In this document: positions 29,130 through 37,955 of the stretch, piece after piece
Position numbering within the stretch: the first letter of the stretch is position 1
Layout: each line of letters opens with the position of its first letter
Source: Microbacterium sp.
Lineage (GTDB): Bacteria > Actinomycetota > Actinomycetes > Actinomycetales > Microbacteriaceae
Direction: 5' to 3'
Assembly: GCF_051860965.1 (NCBI RefSeq)
Contig: NZ_JBIMKU010000003.1
Coordinates: 367,671 to 431,670, forward strand
Length of the DNA: 64,000 bases
Notes under the pieces: model-generated
The model's database searches: none
Told to the model about the DNA's origin: nothing
What the model saw: the letters and a program-made list of their open reading frames with translations, nothing else
Program-made: the position numbers and the translations under genes

Positions 29130-29714
29130 ATGGCTGAGACGTGGATCGTCGTCGGGCTGGGCAATCCTGGTCCCCGCTACGAGGCGACCCGGCACAACAT
29201 CGGTCAGATGGTCGTCGACGAGCTCGCTGCGCGTCGCGGCGAGGGCTTCAAGGCCCACAAGGCGCACGCGCGCGTCGCAGAGACGTGGCTGCGCCCCGGC
29301 GGCGCGAAGATCGTCCTCGCGAAGCCGAATTCGTTCATGAACGTCTCGGGTGGGCCCGTCGCGGGGCTCGCGAAGTTCTACGGCGTCGACCCCGACCACA
29401 TCATCGTCGTGCACGATGAGCTCGACATCCCCTTCGACACCATCAAGCTCAAGACCGGGGGCGGGCACGGCGGCCACAACGGCGTACGGGATGTCGCGAA
29501 GGCCCTCGACACCCCGGAGTTCCCGCGCGTGCGGGTCGGCATCGGGCGCCCGATGGGACGTCAGGACGCCGCGGACTGGGTGCTCGACCCGTTCGGCGCC
29601 GCCGAGCGGAAGAACCTTCCGATCCTGATCGACGATGCGGCCGACGCGGTCGAGCAGCTCATCGCCGAGGGGCTTCTGGCGGCGCAGCAGAAGCATCACG
29701 CTCCGCGCGACTGA
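29130..29714 (+). CDS. pth: Peptidyl-tRNA hydrolase
   Basis: [40 protein letters not shown]. Confidence 0.97.
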   Translation: MAETWIVVGLGNPGPRYEATRHNIGQMVVDELAARRGEGFKAHKAHARVAETWLRPGGAKIVLAKPNSFMNVSGGPVAGLAKFYGVDPDHIIVVHDELDIPFDTIKLKTGGGHGGHNGVRDVAKALDTPEFPRVRVGIGRPMGRQDAADWVLDPFGAAERKNLPILIDDAADAVEQLIAEGLLAAQQKHHAPRD

Positions 29715-29718
29715 GCAC

Positions 29719-30453
29719 TCACCCGCCGATCGACGACCCTGCCGCGAAGCCCATCGCCAGGCTCGCCTGCACGGCGACCGCGAACACGATCGGGCCGAGG
29801 GTCGCGGCGATGACCGCGACGATCGCGGGCACACGACCGCGGTTCTTGACGATCGCGATGATGCCCTGCACGAGCGCCCAGATGCCCAGCGCGGTGCCGA
29901 CCCAGAACGCGATCTCGCCGAGGAGGACCTGATCGCGCACGGGTGTCAGCACCGACCAGTCGAAGTCGGCGTCGAGGGGGCGCAGCGCGATCTCGCGGCC
30001 GGCGCCGGTTCCGATGGCGAAGCCGGCGATGGCTGCCACGATCGGCGTGACGACGGCGGCGACGATCGCGGCGAGCAGGGCGACGAGTCCGAGCGTGGAG
30101 GAGGGCCGCTCCGCGACCGGCGCCGCGGGGAGGTCAGCGGGGCGCGCAGCGCCTCCCGGGTACGTGTACGGCGCAGCGTACGACGCCGGCGCGGGCCCCG
30201 CGTATCCGGGTGGGGGAGCGTACCCCTGGGGAGGTGCGTAGCCCTGCGGTGGCGCGTAGCCCTGCGGTGGCGCGTAGCCCTGCGGTGGCGCGTAGCCCTG
30301 CGGGCCTACCGGCGCGGCGCTCGCGTGCGAGGCGGGGCCAGGGGGCTGCGGCGCCCGCTCCTCGGAGACGGGAGCTGCCGGCTGCTGCGGAGGCACGGGC
30401 GCGGCCGGGCGCGCGGGAAGAGGCGGCACGGGCGGCACGACGGGATCGCTCAC
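29719..30453 (-). CDS. Membrane protein with Pro/Gly/Tyr-rich repeat N-terminus
   Basis: PPQGYA repeats followed by about 3 TM helices; leaderless TAGGAT plus 6 nt GTG. Confidence 0.75.
   Translation of the reverse strand: MSDPVVPPVPPLPARPAAPVPPQQPAAPVSEERAPQPPGPASHASAAPVGPQGYAPPQGYAPPQGYAPPQGYAPPQGYAPPPGYAGPAPASYAAPYTYPGGAARPADLPAAPVAERPSSTLGLVALLAAIVAAVVTPIVAAIAGFAIGTGAGREIALRPLDADFDWSVLTPVRDQVLLGEIAFWVGTALGIWALVQGIIAIVKNRGRVPAIVAVIAATLGPIVFAVAVQASLAMGFAAGSSIGG
30201..30303 (-). repeat. Coding 18-bp tandem repeat (PQGYA x5 plus one PPGYA)
   Basis: GCGTAGCCCTGCGGTGGC units on the + strand, in frame. Confidence 0.9.
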
Positions 30454-30510
30454 GGCTTCATCCTATGAGCGACGCGGCGGGGTGTCCGTGGTGCGCCGTA
30501 GACTTCTGCG

Positions 30511-33500
30511 GTGACAGTTCCCGGGATCGTCCGCGCCCTCGAGCAGGCGGACTCGTTCCAGGATGCCGGGGCTGCGGCATCCATCGACGCCGACTTCTCC
30601 CTCGTCGAGGGGCTCGCCGCCCCGATGCTCGCGGCTCTCCTCGAGCGGCGTCGGCGGGCGGGCAAGCCCGGTGTGCTGCTCGTCGTGACACCGACCGGGC
30701 GTCGCGCCGATGCGCTCGGCCCCGCGATCGGCTCCGTGCTGCCGGGCGCCGAGGTGCTGCACTTCCCCGCGTGGGAGACCCTGCCGCACGAGCGGCTGAG
30801 CCCGTCCGCCGAGATCGTGGGCCGTCGCCTGGAGGTGCTCGGCCGTGTCGCGAGATGGGATGGCGAGACGCCGCTCGTCGTGACGGCATCGGTGCGCGGC
30901 GCGATCCAGCCGCTGGCGGCGGGTCTCACGGACATCGCACCGATCGCACTCGAGATGGGCGGCCGCGGCCACGACCTCGGCGACGTCGCACGGCGGCTGG
31001 TCGAGCTCGCCTACCACCGTGTCGACATGGTCTCGCGCCGCGGCGAGTTCGCGGTGCGCGGCGGCATCCTCGACGTCTTCTCGCCGACCGCACCTCATCC
31101 GTACCGCGTCGAGTTCTTCGGCGACGAGGTCGACCAGATCCGAGCCTTCTCGGTCGCCGACCAGCGATCGCTGCCCGGCGACGTCCCGGCGGTCGAGCTC
31201 ATCGCGAGCCGCGAGCTGCTCCTCACCGAGGCGGTGCGGGCGCGCGCCCTCCAGCTGAAGGACGAGTTCCCGGGCCTGCGCGGCATGCTCGAGAAGATGA
31301 GCGAGGGCATCCCGGTCGAGGGGATGGAGTCGCTCCTCCCGGCGGTCGTCGATCGGCTGGTGACGCTCGTGGAGTATCTGCCCGAGTCCTCCGCCGTCGC
31401 CCTGGTCGACCCGGAGCGCTCCGTCACCCGCGCCATGACGCTGGGCGAGACCAACCGCGAGTTCCTCGAGGCGGCGTGGAGCGCCGCGACGGCGGGAGCC
31501 GAGACGCCCATCGACCTCGGAGCGGGCGACTTCGTGACCCTGCCCCGGCTGCGCGACGACGCGCATGCGCGCGGCGACGTGTGGTGGACGCTCAGCGCGT
31601 TCGACTCGGGGGCGGCCGATGCCGCCGCTGAAGGCCTCATCGACGCCGACATCGATGTCGCACTCGAAGCGGCGGCGGTCGTCCGCGTGCCGGGGGCGGC
31701 GGTGCCGTCCTTCCAGGGCAACGTCGACGGGGCGATCGGCCACGTCGGCTCGCTGCTCGCCGACGGCTGGCGGGTCGTGGTCGCGGCATCCGGAATCGGA
31801 CTCGTCGAGCGCGCACGCGATGTGCTCGCTGACCGCGGCATCGCGGCGCGCAAGGTCGATGATCTGCTCGCAGCCCCCGAACCGGGCGTCGCGCACGTCG
31901 TCCTCTCGACCCTCGAGCGGGGCTTCGAGTCCGCCGACGCCAAGCTCGCGGTGCTCACCGAGACCGAGTTCTACGGCCGCACGATCGGCGGCGACCAGAG
32001 GGTCGTCAAGAAGCTCGCGTCGCGACGCAAGAACGTCGTCGACCCGATCCAGCTGAAGGCGGGCGACACCGTCGTGCACGCGACGCACGGCATCGGCCGC
32101 TTCGTCGAGCTCACGCAGCGCGAGGTCTCGAGCGGCGGCCGCAATCCGGTCAAGACGACGCGCGAGTATCTCGTGCTCGAGTACGCGCCCTCCAAGCGCG
32201 GGTTCCCGGGCGACAAGCTCTTCGTGCCGACCGATCAGCTCGATCTCCTCTCGCGCTACGTCGGCGGCGAGGCGCCGACCCTGTCGAAGATGGGCGGCAG
32301 CGACTGGGCGCAGGCGAAGGGCCGCGCCCGCAAGGCCGTCCGCGACATCGCGGTCGAGCTCGTCAAGCTCTATTCGGCGCGCATGGCGGCCAAGGGCTAC
32401 GCGTTCGGCCCCGACACGCCCTGGCAGCGCGAGCTCGAAGAGGCGTTCCCCTTCGCCGAGACGCCCGATCAGCTGCAGACGATCGACGAGATCAAAGCCG
32501 ACATGGAGAAGCCGATCCCGATGGATCGCCTGCTGTCGGGCGATGTCGGCTTCGGCAAGACCGAGGTCGCCGTGCGCGCCGCGTTCAAGGCCATCCAGGA
32601 CGGCAAGCAGGTCGCGATGCTCGTGCCGACGACGCTCCTGGTCAAGCAGCATCTCGAAACCTTCACCGAGCGGTTCGCCGGGTTCCCGGTCAAGGTCAAG
32701 GCGCTCTCGCGGTTCCAGACCGACAAGCAGGCGCGCGAGATCCTCGCGGGGCTCGCCGACGGCACGCTCGACATGGTGATCGGCACGCACCGCATCCTGA
32801 CCGAGAAGGTGATCTTCAAGGACCTCGGCCTCATGATCATCGACGAGGAGCAGCGCTTCGGGGTCGAGCACAAGGACGCCCTCAAGAAGCTCAAGACGAA
32901 CGTGGACATCCTCGCGATGAGCGCGACGCCGATCCCTCGCACGCTCGAGATGGCGGTCACGGGCATCCGCGAGATGTCGACGCTGCAGACGCCGCCCGAG
33001 GACCGGCATCCCATCCTCTCGTTCGTCGGCCCGCGCAACGACAAGCAGATCGCGGCCGCCATCCGTCGCGAACTGCTGCGCGAGGGGCAGATCTTCTTCG
33101 TCCACAACCGTGTGCAGTCCATCCAGCGGGTCGCGGCGGAGCTGCAGGAGCTCGTGCCCGAGGCGCGGATCGCGGTCGCGCACGGCCAGATGGGCGAGCA
33201 CGCGCTCGAAGAGGTCGTCGACGCGTTCTGGGAGCGCCGGTTCGACGTGCTCGTGTGCACGACGATCGTCGAGACCGGCCTGGACATCTCGAACGCAAAC
33301 ACGATCGTCATCGACCGCGCCGACAAGTACGGTCTGTCGCAGCTGCACCAGCTGCGCGGCCGTGTGGGGCGCGCACGCGAGCGCGCGTACGCATACTTCC
33401 TCTACGACGAGATGAAGCCGCTCTCCGAGACGGCGGCGGACCGTCTCGAGACGATCGCCGTCAACAACGACCTCGGCTCGGGCATGCAGGTCGCCCTCAA

Positions 33501-34125
33501 GGACCTCGAGATCCGCGGCGCGGGCAATCTGCTCGGCGCCGAGCAGGCCGGGCACATCGCCGGCGTCGGGTTCGACCTCTACCTCCGCATGATCGGCGAG
33601 GCCGTCTCGGCATTCCGCGGCGACGAGATCGAGGGGCCCACCGAGCTCCGCCTCGAGCTGCCCGTGCAGGCTCGCATCCCCGACTCCTATATCGACAGCG
33701 AGCGCCTGCGGCTCGAGGCGTACCAGAAGCTGTCGTCCGCGGCATCCATCTCGTCCAAGGACGACGCCCTCGACCTCGTCATCGAGGAGCTCACCGACCG
33801 CTACGGCGACCCGCCCGCCGAGGTCGGCGGCCTGCTCGCCGTCGCGCGTCTGCGGCGTCGTGCCGCCAAGGCGGGGCTCGCGGACGTCGTCGCGATGGGG
33901 CCGAACCTGCGGCTCGCACCTGCGAACCTGCCCGACTCGATGCGTGTCCGGCTGCAGCGTCTGCACCCGAAGGCGAAGGTCGTCGCGGGCGGCGAGGCGC
34001 TCGTCGTGCCGCTGCCGACGGCGGGGGGCGAGGCGGTGGCGGATGCCGATCTCATCGCGTGGGTCGCCCAGCTCATCGACCAGCTGTGGCCCGTGAAGGA
34101 CGCCGCGCCCACGACCGCCGACTGA
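30511..34125 (+). CDS. mfd: Transcription-repair coupling factor
   Basis: UvrB-homology module (RGEFAVRGGILDVF), CarD-like RID, GDVGFGKTEV, DEEQRFGV, QLRGRVGR, TRCF domain; TAGACT plus 6 nt GTG. Confidence 0.98.
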   Translation: MTVPGIVRALEQADSFQDAGAAASIDADFSLVEGLAAPMLAALLERRRRAGKPGVLLVVTPTGRRADALGPAIGSVLPGAEVLHFPAWETLPHERLSPSAEIVGRRLEVLGRVARWDGETPLVVTASVRGAIQPLAAGLTDIAPIALEMGGRGHDLGDVARRLVELAYHRVDMVSRRGEFAVRGGILDVFSPTAPHPYRVEFFGDEVDQIRAFSVADQRSLPGDVPAVELIASRELLLTEAVRARALQLKDEFPGLRGMLEKMSEGIPVEGMESLLPAVVDRLVTLVEYLPESSAVALVDPERSVTRAMTLGETNREFLEAAWSAATAGAETPIDLGAGDFVTLPRLRDDAHARGDVWWTLSAFDSGAADAAAEGLIDADIDVALEAAAVVRVPGAAVPSFQGNVDGAIGHVGSLLADGWRVVVAASGIGLVERARDVLADRGIAARKVDDLLAAPEPGVAHVVLSTLERGFESADAKLAVLTETEFYGRTIGGDQRVVKKLASRRKNVVDPIQLKAGDTVVHATHGIGRFVELTQREVSSGGRNPVKTTREYLVLEYAPSKRGFPGDKLFVPTDQLDLLSRYVGGEAPTLSKMGGSDWAQAKGRARKAVRDIAVELVKLYSARMAAKGYAFGPDTPWQRELEEAFPFAETPDQLQTIDEIKADMEKPIPMDRLLSGDVGFGKTEVAVRAAFKAIQDGKQVAMLVPTTLLVKQHLETFTERFAGFPVKVKALSRFQTDKQAREILAGLADGTLDMVIGTHRILTEKVIFKDLGLMIIDEEQRFGVEHKDALKKLKTNVDILAMSATPIPRTLEMAVTGIREMSTLQTPPEDRHPILSFVGPRNDKQIAAAIRRELLREGQIFFVHNRVQSIQRVAAELQELVPEARIAVAHGQMGEHALEEVVDAFWERRFDVLVCTTIVETGLDISNANTIVIDRADKYGLSQLHQLRGRVGRARERAYAYFLYDEMKPLSETAADRLETIAVNNDLGSGMQVALKDLEIRGAGNLLGAEQAGHIAGVGFDLYLRMIGEAVSAFRGDEIEGPTELRLELPVQARIPDSYIDSERLRLEAYQKLSSAASISSKDDALDLVIEELTDRYGDPPAEVGGLLAVARLRRRAAKAGLADVVAMGPNLRLAPANLPDSMRVRLQRLHPKAKVVAGGEALVVPLPTAGGEAVADADLIAWVAQLIDQLWPVKDAAPTTAD

Positions 34126-34178
34126 CGCGCGGATCCGGCCGAGGACTCTGTCGAGACCTCGGGTTCATCCGATCCCTG

Positions 34179-34346
34179 TCAGATCCAGACCGCGAGGCAG
34201 TCCCGGCACGCGAACTCGAGGGCGTCGATCCAGCCCTCGTCGATCGCGTCGCGACGTTCGACATCGACGTGGAACCAGCGCTCCCGCGGCTGCACGTCGA
34301 GCGACCCGCACGCGGGGCAGACTTCGGCGACGATGATCCGTGCCAT
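34179..34346 (-). CDS. Small putative zinc-ribbon protein, 55 aa
   Basis: CPAC...CRDC; leaderless TACCGT plus 6 nt ATG. Confidence 0.65.
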   Translation of the reverse strand: MARIIVAEVCPACGSLDVQPRERWFHVDVERRDAIDEGWIDALEFACRDCLAVWI

Positions 34347-34495
34347 GACGTCACGGTAGCCCCGGCTCGCGCGCCGGTGCGGCGCGACACGCAGCCCCGA
34401 CAAGCCCCGCAGTCGTGGCATGACCTGCGAGCAGCTCCCGCGCATCGGCTGACGGCCGGCGCTACGCTGGCCGCAACCAGCAGAGAGGTGGGACA

Positions 34496-35095
34496 GTGCG
34501 GTTCGAGCATCTCGGGGCGGAGCCCCGCATCCATCCGACGGCCATCGTCGCGCCCACCGCGGTGATCAGCGGCGACGTCGAGATCGGCCCCGACTGCCAG
34601 ATCCTCCACGGTGCCGTCATCACGGCCGAGGGAGGAGCGATCACGCTGGGCGAGAACGTCATCGTCATGGAGAACGCTCTGATCCGCGCGACGGCCACCA
34701 ACCCCGTCCACATCGGCGACCACGTGCTCGTCGGCCCCATGGCGAGCGTCTCGGGCGCCGTCGTCGAGGAGGAGGTCTTCCTCGCGACGGGCACGCGCGT
34801 GTTCAACGGCGCGCGCATCGGAGAGCGGTCGGAGGTGCGCATCAACGCCGTTGTGCACCTGCGTACGACCCTGCCGCCCGAATCGACCGTGCCGATCGGA
34901 TGGATCGCCGTCGGCGACCCCGTGCAGCTCCTCTCGCCCGACAGGCATGAGGAGATCTGGGCGGCGCAGCGCGAGCTCGACTTCCCGGGCTACGTCTTCG
35001 GCCTCGATCGCGAGACGCCCGACCTCATGGTGCAGCTCACCGAGCGCTACGGACGCAGTCTCGCCCGCCACGAGCACGACCGCCGGGTCGACTGA
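34496..35095 (+). CDS. Gamma-carbonic-anhydrase-like left-handed beta-helix protein lacking the Zn-binding His residues
   Basis: Hexapeptide repeats (IHPTAIVAPTAVISGDVEIG); SD GAGAGG. Confidence 0.82.
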   Translation: MRFEHLGAEPRIHPTAIVAPTAVISGDVEIGPDCQILHGAVITAEGGAITLGENVIVMENALIRATATNPVHIGDHVLVGPMASVSGAVVEEEVFLATGTRVFNGARIGERSEVRINAVVHLRTTLPPESTVPIGWIAVGDPVQLLSPDRHEEIWAAQRELDFPGYVFGLDRETPDLMVQLTERYGRSLARHEHDRRVD

Positions 35096-35097
35096 CG

Positions 35098-35157
35098 CGC
35101 GCCTGCTTCTCGCTCGCGCGCCGCCGATCTGTGGCGCGAAAGCGAGAAGCAGGCGCG
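35098..35157. terminator. Long bidirectional hairpin between convergent gamma-CA-like gene and ppc
   Basis: Perfect 17-bp arms CGCGCCTGCTTCTCGCT / AGCGAGAAGCAGGCGCG. Confidence 0.8.
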
Positions 35158-35162
35158 GTCGC

Positions 35163-37826
35163 TCAGCCGGTGTTCTGCAGACCCGCGGCGACGCCCGAGA
35201 CCGACAGCAGCAGCAGACGCTGGAGGTCGGGATCGACCTCCTCGGCCGACCGCAGGCCCCGCAGCGCCCGCAGCTGCAGGAGCGACAGGGCATCGACGTA
35301 GGGGCTGCGCATCTTCACCGCGCGCTGGAGCACGGGCTTGTTGCCGAGCAGCTCGGTGCCGCCCGTCAGGCGCACGACCCACGAGCGCGTGAGCGCCATC
35401 TCGTCGCTCACCAGGGTGGCGAGATCGTCGCGATCGCCGAGCGACAGGTAGTGCCGTGCGATGCGGTCGTCGGCCTTCGCGAGGCTCATGGCGACGTTGT
35501 CGATCAGGGTGCGGAAGAGCGGCCACTCGCCGTAGGCGCGCACGAGGCGCTCTTCGTCGCCGACGGCGTCGAGCGCCGTGCCGAGGCCGAACCAGCCCGC
35601 CAGGTTGATGCGCGCCTGCGTCCAGGCGAAGACCCACGGGATCGCCCGGAGGTCCTCGAGCGACTCGACCGACAGGCCGCGCCGCGCGGGTCGTGAGCCG
35701 AGGGCGAGCAGGCCGAGCTCCTCCATGGGCGTCACCTGCGCGAACCAGGGTGCGAAGCCCGGCGCCTTGACGAGTTCGAAGAATCGCGCGCGGGATGCCG
35801 CATCCATCGCCGCAGCGACGTCGGCGTAGCGCTCCGCGGCCTCGCTGTTGCGGCGCTCGATCGAGGGGGCCGACGCGAGGAGCACGGCGGCGGCGACCTG
35901 ATCGATGTGGCGCATCGCGATCGCGGGATCGCCGTATCGGGCGAAGATGACCTCACCCTGCTCCGTGAGCTTGAACCGCCCGTCGACCGAGTGCGGCGGC
36001 TGCGCGAGGATCGCCGAGTTGGCGGGCCCTCCGCCACGACCGAGCGCTCCGCCGCGGCCGTGGAAGAGGGTCAGCTCGATCGCGTTCTCACGTGCCCACG
36101 CCGAGATCTGCGCCTGCGCATCGTAGAGCGCGAGGTTCGCCGCGACCGGCCCGACGTCCTTCGACGAGTCCGAGTAGCCGAGCATCACCTCGAGACGGCG
36201 GCCCGTGGCATCCAGTCGCGCGGCGAACAGGGGATGCTGCACGATCTCCGCCAGGATCGCCGGCCCCGCCTGCAGGTCGGCGAAGGTCTCGAAGAGCGGG
36301 ATGACGTCGAGCACGGGAGGGGTGCCGTCCGGCCCGACGGCGTAGCGCGCGAGGCGGTGGACGTTCGCGAGGTCTTCGGCGGACTGCGTGAACGAGACGA
36401 TGTAGCGCCCGGCTGCGCGGGGGCCGTAACGCTCCTGCAGGAACACGATCGTGCGGAAGACCTCGAGCACCTCTTCGGCGAGCTCGCTGCGCGGCGCGCC
36501 GGCGTCGAGCTCTGCGAGCACCTTCGCGTGCACGGCGGAGTGCTGGCGGACCTCGAGCTCGGCGAGGTGGAAGCCGAACGACTCCACCTGCCACATCAGC
36601 TGCTGCAGGTGCCCGTAGGCCTGCCGCGGCGCGCGGGCCGCGATGAGGGAGTCCTGCACGACCCGCAGATCTGCGATCAGCTGCTCGGGGTCGCGGTAGG
36701 CGAGGTCGGCGTCGCGCGTGCGGGTCGCGGCGATCTTGCGAGCGACGAGGAGCAGGATGCGGCGGTGCGGCTCGTTCGGCGAGCGTTTCGCGATCTCGGT
36801 GGCGGCATCCTCGTCGGCGTCCTTGAGCCGCTGCCACAGAGCGGTGAGCGCCGCGGACGGGGGAGTGGTCGAGGCATCCAGCGTCAGCGTCCGCCCGATG
36901 CGCGCCGCCGTCCGCTCGAGGCCGAGCAGCACGTGCTCGCTGGCGATCCCGGCCGCCTTGCGGGTGACCGAGGCCGTCACGAAAGGATTGCCGTCGCGGT
37001 CGCCGCCGACCCACGACCCGACCCGCACGAACGGCCGGACGACGGGGGCGCGTCCGCCCGCGGCCGGTCCTTGCAGGGCGTCGTCGACCCGCCGGTAGAC
37101 GTGCGGCACGGCGGTGTAGAGCGTCTCGTCGAAGATCGCCATGACGGCGCGCACCTCGTCGGTGGGCGCGGGCTTCTCGGGGCGCAAGGGCGCGGTGCGC
37201 CACAGCGTGTCGATCTCCTCGAGCATGCGACGCTCGGCGCGGCGCTGGTCGGCGCCGTTTCGCAGAGACGCGTCGTGCTCTTCGAGGAGGACGGCGAGGC
37301 GACGGATGCTGGACGACACGGCTCGGCGACGAGCCTCGGTGGGATGCGCGGTGAAGACGGGGTGGAACCGCAGCGCCTGCAGGCGGGCCAGGGCCGTGTC
37401 GTCGCCGACCTCGGCCGCGAGGTGCACGAAGGCGGCGGCGATCGAGTCACCGGCCTCCTCTCGGTCGGGGCGCCCGTCGCGCTCGCGCAGGATGCGCACG
37501 CGCTGGTGCTCCTCGGCGAGGTTGACGAGGTGGAAGTACGCCGTGAACGCGCGCGCGACCTCGTCCGCACGGGCGATCGTGAACGAGTCGGCGATCGCGG
37601 CCGCGCGGGCGAACGCCTCGTCGCTCTCGTCGGTGTAGGCCTGGATCGTCGCGACCCGCAGGCTCTCGACATCTTCGAACAGACCCGGCGAGCCGCTCTC
37701 CCGGAGCACCTTGCCGAGAAGCGCCCCGAGCATGCGCACATCCGAGCGCATCTGCTCGGGGATCTCCTGCTCGGCTTCGTAGCGGCCGACGAGGTCGATC
37801 GCCTCGGTCTGGGTCAGTTCGCGCAT
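35163..37826 (-). CDS. ppc: Phosphoenolpyruvate carboxylase
   Basis: FTAHPTE, SWVGGDRDGNP, VMLGYSDSSKD, FHGRGGALGRGG, LRAIPWVFAW, C-terminal GLQNTG. Confidence 0.98.
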   Translation of the reverse strand: MRELTQTEAIDLVGRYEAEQEIPEQMRSDVRMLGALLGKVLRESGSPGLFEDVESLRVATIQAYTDESDEAFARAAAIADSFTIARADEVARAFTAYFHLVNLAEEHQRVRILRERDGRPDREEAGDSIAAAFVHLAAEVGDDTALARLQALRFHPVFTAHPTEARRRAVSSSIRRLAVLLEEHDASLRNGADQRRAERRMLEEIDTLWRTAPLRPEKPAPTDEVRAVMAIFDETLYTAVPHVYRRVDDALQGPAAGGRAPVVRPFVRVGSWVGGDRDGNPFVTASVTRKAAGIASEHVLLGLERTAARIGRTLTLDASTTPPSAALTALWQRLKDADEDAATEIAKRSPNEPHRRILLLVARKIAATRTRDADLAYRDPEQLIADLRVVQDSLIAARAPRQAYGHLQQLMWQVESFGFHLAELEVRQHSAVHAKVLAELDAGAPRSELAEEVLEVFRTIVFLQERYGPRAAGRYIVSFTQSAEDLANVHRLARYAVGPDGTPPVLDVIPLFETFADLQAGPAILAEIVQHPLFAARLDATGRRLEVMLGYSDSSKDVGPVAANLALYDAQAQISAWARENAIELTLFHGRGGALGRGGGPANSAILAQPPHSVDGRFKLTEQGEVIFARYGDPAIAMRHIDQVAAAVLLASAPSIERRNSEAAERYADVAAAMDAASRARFFELVKAPGFAPWFAQVTPMEELGLLALGSRPARRGLSVESLEDLRAIPWVFAWTQARINLAGWFGLGTALDAVGDEERLVRAYGEWPLFRTLIDNVAMSLAKADDRIARHYLSLGDRDDLATLVSDEMALTRSWVVRLTGGTELLGNKPVLQRAVKMRSPYVDALSLLQLRALRGLRSAEEVDPDLQRLLLLSVSGVAAGLQNTG

Positions 37827-37848
37827 CCGTCAACGGTATCGCCGCCGT

Positions 37849-37864
37849 GTTACATCAATGTCAC
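37849..37864. promoter_or_regulatory. GTTAC-N6-GTCAC direct repeat, GlnR/MtrA-type box candidate, over the ppc -35 region
   Basis: GTTACATCAATGTCAC, 10 nt upstream of the ppc -10 (TACCGT, 37838-37833). Confidence 0.45.
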
Positions 37865-37903
37865 GGGGGGACGCAGGAGGACCCCGCTAGAGTGGTGTGC
37901 GGA

Positions 37904-37939
37904 GTGCCGGGAAGTCTGGTCGGCGGCACCGACCCGACC
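37904..37939 (+). promoter_or_regulatory. Candidate pseudoknotted cis-regulatory RNA in the nhaA leader
   Basis: GTGCCG/CGGCAC and GGTCGG/CCGACC crossing stems between the TAGAGT -10 (37888) and the SD GAGAGGA (37944). Confidence 0.5.
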
Positions 37940-37955
37940 CCACGAGAGGAACAGG

